64,000 bases of DNA from positions 320,001 to 384,000 of the forward strand of contig CAVRQT010000002.1 in assembly GCA_963723515.1 (NCBI GenBank), in the 5' to 3' direction. This DNA comes from Vulcanimicrobiota bacterium (lineage in GTDB: Bacteria; Vulcanimicrobiota; Vulcanimicrobiia; Vulcanimicrobiales; Vulcanimicrobiaceae). This document shows positions 12,957 through 23,300 of the stretch, one piece after another (positions within the stretch are counted from its first letter, which is position 1; every line of letters begins with the position of its first letter). Made by a program: the position numbers and the translations under genes. The notes under the pieces are model-generated. The model had not been told where the DNA came from. It searched no databases and worked only from the letters and a program-made list of their open reading frames with translations.

Positions 12957-14326
12957 GTGAGCGAAATTGACGTTCGAGTTCCCGATATCGGCGACTTCAA
13001 AGACGTTCCGGTCATCGAGGTTCTCGTCAAGCCGGGCGATCGCATCAATAAGGAAGATCCGCTCATTACGCTTGAGTCTGAGAAGGCGACGATGGAAGTC
13101 CCGGCGCCGGCGAGCGGCGTCGTCAAGGAATTGAAGGTCAATATCAACGACAAGGTGTCGCAAGGCGCTTCGATTCTGACCCTGAGCGTTGCCGATGCCG
13201 CGACCGATGCGCAAACCAAAGCCGACGAAGCGCGCGCCGACGATCAGCGCCCTGACGCGAATGTCGATGAAGGCGAAGAGGTGATGGAAGGCGCGCCGCC
13301 GGTCAACGCCCCCGCCGCGCAAAGCAAAGAGTTTACTCCGCCGCCGAGCGCGCCGCGTGAATCTCCACAGTTTACACCGCCGCCACCGTCGCCAAACGGT
13401 GAAACGGAACGCGACGGCGACGTGCATGCAAGTCCCTCGATCCGCCGTTTCGCACGCGAGCTCGGCGTCGATCTGCGCGCGATTCGCGGTACCGGGCCCA
13501 GCGGCAGAATCACGCGCGAAGACGTTCAGGGATTCATAAAGACCGCCTTACACGAAGGCGTAACGACGGATCAGCCCGCGGCGGCCGGCGCTGCGTTCGG
13601 AGTCGCGCCATGGCCGAAAGTTGATTTCGCGCAGTTCGGCCCGACGGAGCGCCAACCGCTCTCGCGCATCAAGAAGATCGCCGGCCCCGCTCTGCACCGA
13701 AATTGGGTCATGATTCCGCACGTCACCAACAACGAAGATGCGGATGTGACCGACCTCGAGGAGTTTCGCAAGCGCGTGACTGCGGAACGGCAAGCGCAGG
13801 CGTCAAGGTGACGATTCTCGCCTTCTTGATCAAAGCGGTCGTTGCCGCGTTGCAAAAGTATCCGGAATTTAACTCATCGCTTGACGGCGATGAGTTGGTT
13901 CTCAAGCGTTACTACAACATCGGCTTTGCGGCCGACACGCCGCAAGGTCTCGTCGTCCCGGTCGTCAAGAACGCCGATCAGAAAGGCATCGTGCAGATCG
14001 CCGCTGAGACGGCGCAGCTAGCCGCCAAAGCGCGCGATGGAAAACTTGGCCCGAACGACATGTCGGGTGGAACGTTCACGATTTCGAGCTTGGGCGGCAT
14101 CGGCGGAACGTATTTCACGCCGATCATCAATGCGCCGGAGGTTGCGATTCTGGGCGTTTGCCGTGCCGCGTTGCGCCCCGTCTGGATCGGCACGCAGTTC
14201 GTACCGCGGCTGATGCTGCCGCTCTCACTCTCTTACGATCACCGCGTCATCGACGGCGCAGCCGCTGCCCGCTTCAACGTCTATCTTGCGGCGCTGCTCG
14301 GCGACATGCGGCTGGCAATGCTTTAA
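12957..14326 (+). CDS. aceF: Dihydrolipoamide acetyltransferase E2 with one lipoyl domain (frameshift near 13790)
   Basis: Lipoyl motif [12 protein letters not shown]3-binding [17 protein letters not shown], catalytic DHRVIDG. Confidence 0.93.
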
Positions 14327-14340
14327 GAAACGAGGCAGAT

Positions 14341-14703
14341 ATGAGTACGATCAAGGGTATGGATCTCGTCGGTTTCAGCTCGCCGAAGTCGAAGGAGCTG
14401 ATCGCCTTCTATCGCGACGTGCTCGGATTGAAACCGACGACCCACGATGAAGACGGCACCGCAGCGGAGTTTGAACTCTCGGATGGCAGCACGCTCGGCA
14501 TCTGGGATCCTCAGGATCAGAACATGTACCACCCCGGCGCGGCGATCATGTTCTCAGTGCCGGACGCTAAGGCAGCCGTCGAAGAGTTTCGCAAGCGCGG
14601 CGCGCAAATCGCAGACGTCATCGAATCGCCGGTCTGCTTTCTCGCACCCGGTCAAGACCCGGCCGGCAACGCGATCGTCATCCATCAGCGCAAGAAACAG
14701 TAG
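14341..14703 (+). CDS. VOC/glyoxalase family protein
   Basis: AFYRDVLGL..DPAGNAIVIHQ; RBS GAGG upstream of the ATG. Confidence 0.85.
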   Translation: MSTIKGMDLVGFSSPKSKELIAFYRDVLGLKPTTHDEDGTAAEFELSDGSTLGIWDPQDQNMYHPGAAIMFSVPDAKAAVEEFRKRGAQIADVIESPVCFLAPGQDPAGNAIVIHQRKKQ

Positions 14704-14708
14704 ACTAC

Positions 14709-14773
14709 GATGGAGCCGCTGTCCGCTGCAACGCTTTGCTTCCGGCGTTGTCGCGAACAAGCGGCTAGCCATC
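14709..14773. terminator. Long imperfect hairpin between convergent genes, possible bidirectional terminator
   Basis: Paired segments gatgg/ccatc, agccgct/agcggct, gtccgc/gcgaac and caacgc/gcgttg. Confidence 0.5.
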
Positions 14774-14784
14774 TTTAACTGAGG

Positions 14785-15369
14785 TTAGCTTCGGGCGCCC
14801 GCGTACTCACGTTGTCGGGCTTGCGCAAACACCTCAAGCATTTTCTGATTAAACGCGGGAAGGTCGTCCGGCTTGCGGCTTGTCACGAGGTTATCGTGCA
14901 CGACGACCGGTTCGTCGACCCAATTTGCGCCGGCGTTGCTCAAATCGGTTTTGAGCGACGGCCACGACGTCATGCGTTTGCCGGACACGCCCTCAGCATC
15001 GATCAGCGTCCACGGCCCGTGGCAGATCGCTGCGATGGGTTTGCCGGAGCGGACAAAGGCGCGAACGAACTCGATCGCCTTCGGTTCTAAGCGCAGCTTG
15101 TCAGGGTTCTTCGTCCCACCCGGCAGCAAAAGCGCGTCGTAGTCGTTTGGGTTCGCGCGCTCGAGCGGCACGTCGATCGGGAATGTGTCGCCCTTCTCCT
15201 CGTGGTTCATCCCCTGCACTTTGCCTTTTGCAGGCGAAACGAGCTCCGGCTTCGCGCCGGCTTCTTGCAGCGCGCGCACCGGTTCGGTCATCTCAGCTTG
15301 TTCGAATCCGTCGGTCAGCAGGACCGCGACTCTGGTTCCGTTCAGGTTTTTCGATTGTGACGTTTGCAT
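14785..15369 (-). CDS. PfpI/DJ-1 family intracellular protease/deglycase
   Basis: GFEQAE, LLLPGG..PDKLR, AAICHGPW, TSRKPDDLPAF. Confidence 0.92.
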   Translation of the reverse strand: MQTSQSKNLNGTRVAVLLTDGFEQAEMTEPVRALQEAGAKPELVSPAKGKVQGMNHEEKGDTFPIDVPLERANPNDYDALLLPGGTKNPDKLRLEPKAIEFVRAFVRSGKPIAAICHGPWTLIDAEGVSGKRMTSWPSLKTDLSNAGANWVDEPVVVHDNLVTSRKPDDLPAFNQKMLEVFAQARQREYAGARS

Positions 15370-15426
15370 AACGAAAAATTTCTACCCGCACGGTAGGCCG
15401 CTAAACAATTGAGCTTGTTTGCAAAC

Positions 15427-16068
15427 TTAGGCGTTGACCGTTCGCTTGCCGATTACGTTTCCGGCGCCACGGCCAACGGCCGCGCCGACGATGATGAAGC
15501 CGACAACGATGAGCATGCCCCAGCTCGGAGCACCCATATCCGTTCCGATCAGCACTCCTATAGCAACGCCAACCGCGGCGCCGACAAGCCGTAAGGCTTG
15601 TACGAAGCCGACGATGCGAACGTCGTCAGTCATATCGCGGCGCGGCCTTAGGACGCCGATGAGATACACGATGCCGAACAACAACAAGACGATTCCAAAG
15701 GTGCCCATGTACAAGCAGAAACTTGGCCAAAAGCTTATGCCGAGGCGCATTGAGTGCAGAAAGAGTTGGAGTGCATAAACGAGCAGCACGATCGCTCCCA
15801 AAACAGCGAAGTTCAGCACGACGTTCAGCGGCGTGGGCACAAAGTAGTGCTCGAACCACTTGTGGTGGCGCAACCAAAGCATGCAAATGATCGCGAAGGT
15901 GATGAGGAAAGCAAAGAAACCGAACGGCTTATAGACTACGTCGGTGACGTGCGGCGGAATCGTTAAGCTCAGGCTCAGTTGCGCCAGACTAAAGCCGATC
16001 ACGATATCGCTAAAAGCTTCCAAGCGGTGTGTGAACCGATCGGGGTCGCCGTAAGGAACGAACCTCAA
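15427..16068 (-). CDS. TMEM175 family potassium channel
   Basis: RLEAFSD motif in TM1, WxxHH motif, about six TM segments. Confidence 0.85.
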   Translation of the reverse strand: MRFVPYGDPDRFTHRLEAFSDIVIGFSLAQLSLSLTIPPHVTDVVYKPFGFFAFLITFAIICMLWLRHHKWFEHYFVPTPLNVVLNFAVLGAIVLLVYALQLFLHSMRLGISFWPSFCLYMGTFGIVLLLFGIVYLIGVLRPRRDMTDDVRIVGFVQALRLVGAAVGVAIGVLIGTDMGAPSWGMLIVVGFIIVGAAVGRGAGNVIGKRTVNA

Positions 16069-18809
16069 GCGCCGGACGCGAGCTGGCGCAAAACGTATTG
16101 CAAGATGCCGCCGTGGCGGTAGTATTCCGCCTCATCCGGCGTATCGATGCGTAGGAGCACCTTGAATGAAAGCGATTGCCGCTGCGCATCGGTTACGCGA
16201 ACATGAAGCGTCATACGGTGCGCGACACCTTGCTCTTCGAGCCCGACGATATCATACGTCTCTTCACCACTGAGCGCGTACGTCGTGCGATCGGCGCCAT
16301 CCATAAACTCGAGCGGCAGAATGCCCATCCCGATCAGGTTGCTCCGGTGGATCCGTTCAAACGATTCCGCGATTATGGCGCGCACGCCGAGCAGCATCGG
16401 GCCTTTTGCGGCCCAATCTCGCGAAGAACCGGAGCCATACTCTTTGCCCGCAAGCACGATCAGCGGCGTCCCGTCGGCCTTATATCGCATCGCAGCATCA
16501 TAGATCGACATGCGCTCGTTGGTCGGAAGATAGCGCGTCACGCCGCCTTCGATGCCTTCGGCTAACACGTTGCGCAGGCGCACGTTTGCAAACGTCCCGC
16601 GCATCATCACTTCATGGTTTCCGCGTCGCGCACCGTAGGAGTTGAAGTCGACGGGATGGACACCGCGATCGACCAGATACTTTGCCGCCGGCGACGTTCG
16701 TGAAATCGCGCCCGCCGGTGAAATGTGATCCGTTGTGACGCTATCTCCCAGCACTGCCAGGGCACGCGCGCCCAGGATGTCGGTGATCACCGGCAGCTCC
16801 ATGCGCATACCGTCGAAGTACGGCGGTTTTTTGACGTACTCGGATTGCGGATCCCATTTGTACCGCTCGCCTTGCGGGATCTCGAGCCTCGACCAGTTGT
16901 CGTCGCCCCGAAAAACGTCCGCATAGCGGCGGCGGAACATCTGTTCTGAAACCGACTCGGCGACGACTCTGTTGACCTCGGCGTCGCTCGGCCAAATATC
17001 TTTTAGATAGACCGGCTCACCATCATGGCCCATCCCCAGCGGCTCCCGCGTGAGATCAACGTCCATGCGGCCGGCAAGCGCATAGGCAACGACAAGCGGC
17101 GGTGAAGCGAGATAATTGGCGTGCACTTGCGGATGGATGCGGCCTTCGAAATTCCGATTGCCGCTCAACACGGCGGCGACGATTGTCTCCTGTTCGGCGA
17201 TGGATTCGGCAATTTCCGGCGGCAGCGGACCGCTGTTGCCGATGCACGTCGTGCAACCATAGCCAACGAGATTGAAGCCGAGCTCGTTGAGCGCGCTCTG
17301 CAATCCCGCATGCTCGAGATAATCCGTGACGACTTGCGAGCCGGGCGCAAGCGACGTCTTCACCCACGGTTTGCGCTGCAATCCCCGCTCGAGGGCCTTC
17401 TTTGCGACCAACCCTGCGGCGATCATGACGGCAGGATTCGAGGTATTCGTGCAACTCGTGATTGCGGCGATAACGACGTCGCCGTCGGAAAGATCGATGC
17501 TGGGCCGCGCAGCAACCGCTGTTCCTCCGCCGCCTTCATTCTCAAGCCGTGCGACGGCGTTCGCCGCCTTTGCATCGCGCATCGCCTGCCACTCGACAAG
17601 CGCTTCCATGAAATTCTCTTTGACCTTTGAGAGCGGCACGCGATCTTGCGGACGGCGCGGACCAGCGAGGTTGGGCTCGACCGTTGTGAGATCCAGTTCG
17701 AGCGTCTGCGTGAAGTGCGGATCAGCAACGCCGTCGGTTCGGAACATGCCTTGCGCTTTCGCGTACGCTTCGACGAGCGCAATTTGCGCTTCGTCGCGGC
17801 CGGTTAGCCGCAAGTATTCGAGCGTCTGTTCGTCGATTGGAAAGATCGCGCATGTCGAACCGTACTCGGGCGACATGTTGCCTATCGTCACGCGGTCCGC
17901 TACGCCGAGATTTGAAAGACCGTCCCCGTAAAATTCGACGAACTTTCCGACGACGCCCAACTTGCGCAGCGTTTCGGTGACGGTCAGCACCAGATCGGTT
18001 GCGGTCACGCCTTCGCGCAACGCGCCGTCCAAACGGAAACCAACGACCTCGGGAACGAGCATCGTGACCGGCTGCCCCAGCATCGCGGCTTCGGCCTCAA
18101 TGCCGCCGACGCCCCACGCCAAGACGCCGAGCCCATTGACCATCGTGGTATGCGAATCGGTGCCGACGAGCGTATCGGGATACGCGAGCGGCTCGCCATC
18201 ACTGTATCCAATGCCGGCGCCGCCCGCCCCGAAGACAACGCGCGCCAAATACTCGATATTTACTTGGTGAACGATTCCGGTATCGGGTGGGACGACGCGG
18301 AAGTTCGAAAGCGCACGCTGTCCCCATTTCAAGAAGGCATAGCGTTCGCGATTGCGTTCAAACTCGAGCGCGGCATTTTGCGCGAATGCGTCCGAGGTTG
18401 CAAAGCGATCGACTTGCACCGAGTGGTCGATCACAAGCTCCGCAGGCTGCAGGGGATTGATCTTCTTCGGATCGCCGCCGAGGTCAGCCATCGCGTCTCG
18501 CATTGCGGCGAGGTCAACGATCGAGGGAACGCCGGTAAAATCTTGCAAGAGCACACGCGCCGGTTGAAAAGAGACTTCAAGCTCGCGCTGCGAGCGGGGA
18601 TTCCATTTCGCGACCCCTTCGATGTCCGAACGCGTGACAGTGCGTTCGTCTTCAAAGCGCAGCAGATTCTCGAGCAGAATCTTGATCGAGAACGGTATCG
18701 CTTCGAGCCGCGCACCGGCATTCTCGAGCGCAGCGAGGCGATAGAAGCGATATTGCCGGCCGGCGACGCTCAGCGTGTCGGCGGCTTGAAAGCTATCCGC
18801 GGATCCCAT
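16065..18809 (-). CDS. acnA: Aconitate hydratase AcnA
   Basis: [57 protein letters not shown]; start at ATG 18809. Confidence 0.97.
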   Translation of the reverse strand: MGSADSFQAADTLSVAGRQYRFYRLAALENAGARLEAIPFSIKILLENLLRFEDERTVTRSDIEGVAKWNPRSQRELEVSFQPARVLLQDFTGVPSIVDLAAMRDAMADLGGDPKKINPLQPAELVIDHSVQVDRFATSDAFAQNAALEFERNRERYAFLKWGQRALSNFRVVPPDTGIVHQVNIEYLARVVFGAGGAGIGYSDGEPLAYPDTLVGTDSHTTMVNGLGVLAWGVGGIEAEAAMLGQPVTMLVPEVVGFRLDGALREGVTATDLVLTVTETLRKLGVVGKFVEFYGDGLSNLGVADRVTIGNMSPEYGSTCAIFPIDEQTLEYLRLTGRDEAQIALVEAYAKAQGMFRTDGVADPHFTQTLELDLTTVEPNLAGPRRPQDRVPLSKVKENFMEALVEWQAMRDAKAANAVARLENEGGGGTAVAARPSIDLSDGDVVIAAITSCTNTSNPAVMIAAGLVAKKALERGLQRKPWVKTSLAPGSQVVTDYLEHAGLQSALNELGFNLVGYGCTTCIGNSGPLPPEIAESIAEQETIVAAVLSGNRNFEGRIHPQVHANYLASPPLVVAYALAGRMDVDLTREPLGMGHDGEPVYLKDIWPSDAEVNRVVAESVSEQMFRRRYADVFRGDDNWSRLEIPQGERYKWDPQSEYVKKPPYFDGMRMELPVITDILGARALAVLGDSVTTDHISPAGAISRTSPAAKYLVDRGVHPVDFNSYGARRGNHEVMMRGTFANVRLRNVLAEGIEGGVTRYLPTNERMSIYDAAMRYKADGTPLIVLAGKEYGSGSSRDWAAKGPMLLGVRAIIAESFERIHRSNLIGMGILPLEFMDGADRTTYALSGEETYDIVGLEEQGVAHRMTLHVRVTDAQRQSLSFKVLLRIDTPDEAEYYRHGGILQYVLRQLASGA

Positions 18810-19974
18810 GAAAGGTGATTTGTGGAGCGCGCTGTGCGTAGCCTTCGATGCGCAGCGCCTGCTCGCCGCAGAGCAGTTGCCACAGCGGTTCAACGACCAA
18901 TTGCGAGCGCCAGGAACTGATGTCCAAACCGCGCTCGAGGGCGGCTCTCTCGGGCGGCAGTTCGCGCGCGATTCGCTCCAGCGCTGCGCGTGGAACCAGA
19001 AGACTCCCCGGCAAATCGTTCGCGCGCGCAATCGCTGAGACGAGAACGTTCATCGCTGCCACGAGCCCTTCGCGCTGCACGCCGGGCGGCCGCGCCGGCT
19101 TTTGCGGCAAATCGGCTTCCGCGAGTGCTTCGCCGCGCGCAACGGCCGCCAGAATCTCCTTGCCGAGCGTCCGGCGCGCGCCCGCGTCCAGCCGCCGCAG
19201 CTGCATGAGATCGTTTTCCGTTTTCGGCCGCAAGCTCGCCAAACCGGCGAGGACGTCGTCCGCCAACACGTAGCGCAAGGGCACGTCGCGGCGCCGCGCA
19301 ATCGCATCGCGCAATGCCGTCAGTTCGCTCAGCACGCCAAGCTCGCGGCGATTCATCCGATTGGCTCCGGGAATTCGCAGATAGGCGCGATGCGGATCGA
19401 CGCGATACTGCTCGAGCGTTCCGAGCGGCCGGCATTCCTCGATGACCCAGGCCAAACGTTCGCGTGATTCCAGTCGTGAAAGCAGATGCTCGTGCAGGTC
19501 GAGCAGATAGGCAACGTCGTCAACCAAATACTCGAGCTGCATTGCGCTTAAAGGCCGCGCGCTCCAATCGCTGACCGTTTGCGACTTCTTCAAGCGCACG
19601 CCCAGCACGTCGCGCACGAGTTCCACGAGGGAAATGGAAAGACCATAGCCGCAAAACGCCGCAGCGATCTGCGTATCGAAAACGCGCGGCGGAACGCGGT
19701 CGAAGCGGTCGGCAAAAATCTTGAAATCGCCGCTCAGCGCGTGACCGATGACGAGCGTTTCGCTCAACGCTTCGACGACCGTCGAGAGATCGGGGACTGC
19801 CAGCGCATCGACGATCGCGACCTCATCCGCAAATGCGATTTGCATGGCCATCAAGCGCGCGGTGTACGCGCGTTCGTTGTGAAATTCGCTGTCGAAACCA
19901 ACACACGGCGCGCCACGAATCCGCTCGCAGAGCGCCCCAACCTGGCTCCCCTCGGAGATGAGTTGCGCCTTCAC
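18793..19974 (-). CDS. rnd: Ribonuclease D (DEDDy exonuclease plus HRDC)
   Basis: [31 protein letters not shown]-like [11 protein letters not shown]. Confidence 0.88.
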   Translation of the reverse strand: MKAQLISEGSQVGALCERIRGAPCVGFDSEFHNERAYTARLMAMQIAFADEVAIVDALAVPDLSTVVEALSETLVIGHALSGDFKIFADRFDRVPPRVFDTQIAAAFCGYGLSISLVELVRDVLGVRLKKSQTVSDWSARPLSAMQLEYLVDDVAYLLDLHEHLLSRLESRERLAWVIEECRPLGTLEQYRVDPHRAYLRIPGANRMNRRELGVLSELTALRDAIARRRDVPLRYVLADDVLAGLASLRPKTENDLMQLRRLDAGARRTLGKEILAAVARGEALAEADLPQKPARPPGVQREGLVAAMNVLVSAIARANDLPGSLLVPRAALERIARELPPERAALERGLDISSWRSQLVVEPLWQLLCGEQALRIEGYAQRAPQITFHGIRG

Positions 19975-20621
19975 GGTGATCCGGTCGGGCTCGGCGTCGG
20001 CCTCGCCCGGAAGAAATGCGGCCGGTGACGCTCGTAAAATTCGTGCACGCGCTGATGCACGCGATGCTCGTAATTATGAACGACGAGCGTCACTTGATTG
20101 CCGAAGATGGCCAACAGCGTACAGACTGGAATCGCAATCGCGCACATCGTCCAAACGTGCACGAAGATCGGAACGCGAAATGTCGCGGCAACGCTCGTGG
20201 CGAGCGTTCCCCCGAGTCCCGGAATCAAGCGCACCGAGAGTAAGAATGGCGGCGATCCGATGCGAAAGCGACGAATCCACGAAGGCAGCCGTTCGAGCGT
20301 GCTTTCGAGATCGAGAAGATGCGAGGCGCGCTTATTCAGATAGTAGCCGAGCAACGCGGCAAAAACGAGACCGACGGCATTCACGACCGAGCCCCAGAGC
20401 GGGCCGAACACGGAGCCGTTCATGACCGCCAGCGCATCGGTCACGGAAAACGGCGCCGAAGCGACGATCGTGAAGATCGCCACGGCAATCGGATATGCGA
20501 GCGGTCCGATCGTCCGAATGTACCGTTCGACCGCGGGCTGATGCCGTATGACGAAAGCGGCCAGCGTGAACGAGACAACGAAAATCGCAATCGCGCTAAG
20601 CCGCCGAGTCAAATTAGTCAA
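19971..20621 (-). CDS. DedA/VTT (TVP38-like) membrane protein
   Basis: GSVFGPLWG..G..FAALLGYY and VRLIPG motifs. Confidence 0.75.
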   Translation of the reverse strand: MTNLTRRLSAIAIFVVSFTLAAFVIRHQPAVERYIRTIGPLAYPIAVAIFTIVASAPFSVTDALAVMNGSVFGPLWGSVVNAVGLVFAALLGYYLNKRASHLLDLESTLERLPSWIRRFRIGSPPFLLSVRLIPGLGGTLATSVAATFRVPIFVHVWTMCAIAIPVCTLLAIFGNQVTLVVHNYEHRVHQRVHEFYERHRPHFFRARPTPSPTGSP

Positions 20622-20650
20622 GCGGGCGCGTTTTCGCGCCCGCTGCTTCT

Positions 20651-20673
20651 GTCACCCTGAGCTTTCGAAGGGC
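20651..20673 (+). repeat. REP-like short motif (copy B)
   Basis: gtcaccctgagctttcgaagggc in an intergenic gap; similar to 2446-2468. Confidence 0.5.
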
Positions 20674-20698
20674 AACCGTAATCGAGATAGGTTGGGGT

Positions 20699-21313
20699 CT
20701 ACATTGCTTTCATTTTGCCGTTCGCGTCGAGGTGATACGCGCTAGCAAGATCCGCTAAGGCGGTCAGCAAGATCACATGGTATTGCGCGTCGGCTGCAAC
20801 GCCATACTTGCCGTCGATGTCCTTCATGATCTGGTCGTGCAACGGATGCCCGACGAGGTGATCGAGGCCCACTTCAACGTTGTGCTTGTCATCGCCGATC
20901 GAGGAGGCGCCCCACAGAATGCCGGCGAGCGCTTCGCCATTCTTCGGATCGACCGCCGGTTGCGACGGAAGACTGATGTGCTTTACGGTGACGTAATGCA
21001 GTGCGTCGCCGATGATAAAGTCGAACGTCTTGACGAATTGCCCAACGGCCGCTTTGCCGTAGGTCTTGGAAAGTTTCGCAACCTCCGCGTTCGTCTTGTC
21101 GCCGGCCAACGTTTTGAGCAGCGTCATCGTGCTGTAGTTCTTCGGCCCACCGCCCGCGATTACGACGGCCAGCGTGGCACCAAGAACCGGCGGGCCAGTG
21201 TACACGCCGGGACCACCGAAGCGGGAATTCATATTGAGGTTTACGTCAGGCGGGGCCGCGGCAAGCAACAACGCTCCAGCCATCGTCGCGCCTAGTAACC
21301 GAGAGATCTGCAT
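20699..21313 (-). CDS. Secreted hypothetical protein, helical and His-rich in the C-terminal half
   Basis: 204 aa ORF with signal peptide and RBS AAGGA; no family recognised. Confidence 0.75.
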   Translation of the reverse strand: MQISRLLGATMAGALLLAAAPPDVNLNMNSRFGGPGVYTGPPVLGATLAVVIAGGGPKNYSTMTLLKTLAGDKTNAEVAKLSKTYGKAAVGQFVKTFDFIIGDALHYVTVKHISLPSQPAVDPKNGEALAGILWGASSIGDDKHNVEVGLDHLVGHPLHDQIMKDIDGKYGVAADAQYHVILLTALADLASAYHLDANGKMKAM

Positions 21314-21419
21314 AGCGTCCTTTCTTTTACTTCTAACGGGTAAGAAGACGAGCTCGCCTTCTTATCAAGCACAACGGCGCGCCGTCCACTTTGGATTGCG
21401 GTAGGGTGGTGCTCAAAAC

Positions 21420-22340
21420 ATGACGCACTATGGCCAGATGGAGCCGCTGAAACCGCCGTCACGAATCGGCATCGTCGGTACTGGTCGTATGGGCGCGAAC
21501 ATCGCGCTGCGTCTCAACGATCGAGGCTGGAACGTTGAGGCGCTCTACGACGCCAACCCGAGCTCGAGCAATCTTCTCTCCGAACAAGTGGGCGCAGTGA
21601 TCGCCGCAACGCTCGCCGACGTTACGGATCTCTGCGAGGCGATCATCACGGTCATCAGTGATGATGCGGCGATGCTTTCCATCTTCGCGGAAAACGGTGA
21701 TTCATTGCTCAGCGGTGCGGCGGGCAAACTCTTCATCAATTGTGCGACGCTGACGCCGAAGGTGCACGCCGAAGCGCAACGCCGCGCAAAAGCAAAGGGA
21801 GCGCAAGCCATTGAGGCTTGCATGGCAGGCTCGATCCCCCAGGCGAGATCAGGCACGCTGTTCTTGATGTGTGCCGGCGATACGGAAGACTTTGAACGCG
21901 CTCGTCCATTGCTTGAAGTCATCGGCTCGCAAATCGAATATCTGGGCGCGGCCGGAAAGGCGGCGCAGTGCAAAGCGCTCGTCAACATGCTAATGAACAT
22001 CAACACGGCCGGATTGGCCGAAGGATTGGGACTCGGCGAGGCGCTCGGCCTTCGTCTTGCACAGCTGCGCGAAATCTTCTCAAAGACCGGCGCGGCATCG
22101 CGCGTGCTCGAGACAGATGGCGCCGATATGGAAGCGCGCGACCACGAAACGTATTTTTCCGGTTCACACGCGGCGAAGGACTCGAACATCGCGCTTCAAC
22201 TGGCGCGCGACGTCGGATTGAACGTACCGCTCGCTGCCGCGGCCGCGGCTCAATACGATCGGATGGTGAAGGAGGGATTCGGCGATCTTGATAAGTCGGG
22301 AATCGCGGAGCTAACGTTTAAGTCGCGCCACGCGCGCTAG
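21420..22340 (+). CDS. NAD(P)-dependent beta-hydroxyacid dehydrogenase (3-hydroxyisobutyrate dehydrogenase family)
   Basis: GIVGTGRMG Rossmann motif, catalytic KALVN, AAKD. Confidence 0.85.
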   Translation: MTHYGQMEPLKPPSRIGIVGTGRMGANIALRLNDRGWNVEALYDANPSSSNLLSEQVGAVIAATLADVTDLCEAIITVISDDAAMLSIFAENGDSLLSGAAGKLFINCATLTPKVHAEAQRRAKAKGAQAIEACMAGSIPQARSGTLFLMCAGDTEDFERARPLLEVIGSQIEYLGAAGKAAQCKALVNMLMNINTAGLAEGLGLGEALGLRLAQLREIFSKTGAASRVLETDGADMEARDHETYFSGSHAAKDSNIALQLARDVGLNVPLAAAAAAQYDRMVKEGFGDLDKSGIAELTFKSRHAR

Positions 22341-22358
22341 CGCCGCCCTACGCGATTT

Positions 22359-22793
22359 TCAGTCCGCGGTCTTGGTCTCTATATCCTCAATCATGGCCTG
22401 ATATTTCGGATCGTCCGTCGGGGTCTCGGCGAGCCACGCATCGAGGATCTCTTCGCCCAGCGGCAGTGACGTGGCGCGCAAACTGAGCGCCAGAACGTTC
22501 GCGTCGTTCCATTTTCGCGCGCCGGACGCCGTTTGCGCGTCTTGGCAGAGCGCAGCACGAATGCCGGGCACTTTGTTAGCCGCTATCGACGCACCCGTTC
22601 CCGTCCAACAGCAGACGACGCCCGAATCGGCCTCGCGTCTTGCAACCGCTTGCGCGACGCCGCGCGCAGCGTGCGTCCAGGAATCGTCCTCGGATGCAAG
22701 CGCACCATACAGCGAAACGTCATGACCGCGCTCGCGCAACATGCGCTGCAGTCCGTCGGTCAATTCATTCGGCATGTCGCTTCCGAGTGCAAT
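22359..22793 (-). CDS. rpiB: RpiB/LacA/LacB family sugar-phosphate isomerase
   Basis: CCWTGTGASIAANKVPGIRAA and ARKWNDANVLAL; the conserved IALGSD lies upstream of the track ATG at 22775. Confidence 0.8.
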   Translation of the reverse strand: MALGSDMPNELTDGLQRMLRERGHDVSLYGALASEDDSWTHAARGVAQAVARREADSGVVCCWTGTGASIAANKVPGIRAALCQDAQTASGARKWNDANVLALSLRATSLPLGEEILDAWLAETPTDDPKYQAMIEDIETKTAD

Positions 22794-22821
22794 CGCTGCC
22801 TAATAGTAAGATTCCGGTGGG

Positions 22822-22846
22822 CTTCGATCCTTGCCGCTCAGGACAG
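22822..22846 (-). repeat. REP-like short motif (copy C, degenerate)
   Basis: Reverse complement ctgtcctgagcggcaaggatcgaag shares CCTGAGC..CGAAG with copies A and B. Confidence 0.35.
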
Positions 22847-22871
22847 TGAGCTCGCGTGCGGGCGATTCCGC

Positions 22872-23273
22872 TTAGTACAGCGTGATGACGTTAGCGTTCA
22901 GCGAGCCGTCGGCGTTCATCTGTCCCTGAACGTCGACGCGGCTGCCCGCTCCGATCGTTGCGCCGCGCGGGTTGATCACGGTGCCCTGATGCAGATGTAT
23001 GTCACGGTAGGTGCCGTTCGCGAAACGAACCTGCATATCGTAGCGGCGGAAGTACGTGACGACGCCACGGGCGCGGTTGGGCTCCCAGCCATAGTCCGCC
23101 TTAACGCGTTGCGCGAGTGCGTCGATCACCGATTGCAAGATCGGGTTGACTCCCGGAGGCATCGTCGGCAACGCGACCGGCGTCGGAGCCGGAGCGCTCG
23201 TTTGCGCTGCAACCGGCGCGCCGGTCAATGCGAACAGGACGGCCGCGGCGGCCGACAAAAATCGCGATTTCAT
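22872..23273 (-). CDS. Secreted hypothetical protein with OB-fold/DUF5666-like C-terminus
   Basis: Signal peptide, Pro-rich linker, C-terminal GATIGAGSRVDVQG..DGSLNANVI. Confidence 0.65.
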   Translation of the reverse strand: MKSRFLSAAAAVLFALTGAPVAAQTSAPAPTPVALPTMPPGVNPILQSVIDALAQRVKADYGWEPNRARGVVTYFRRYDMQVRFANGTYRDIHLHQGTVINPRGATIGAGSRVDVQGQMNADGSLNANVITLY

Positions 23274-23300
23274 ACCCGAACAACGCGAGCGTTTCACCTG

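Noticed and set aside
13329..13390. Short direct repeat encoding (E/Q)FTPPP twice
   Set aside because: Ordinary low-complexity linker of the E2 subunit.
14704..14790. attC-like site
   Set aside because: Lacks properly placed RYYYAAC/GTTRRRY boxes, and there is no integrase or cassette array.
22533..23300. Long N-terminal extension of the NUDIX ORF (523 aa)
   Set aside because: It overlaps rpiB and a secreted protein on the opposite strand; family similarity starts at ATG 23301. The same applies to extensions on aceE, acnA, EamA, GT28, ctaB and SCO.
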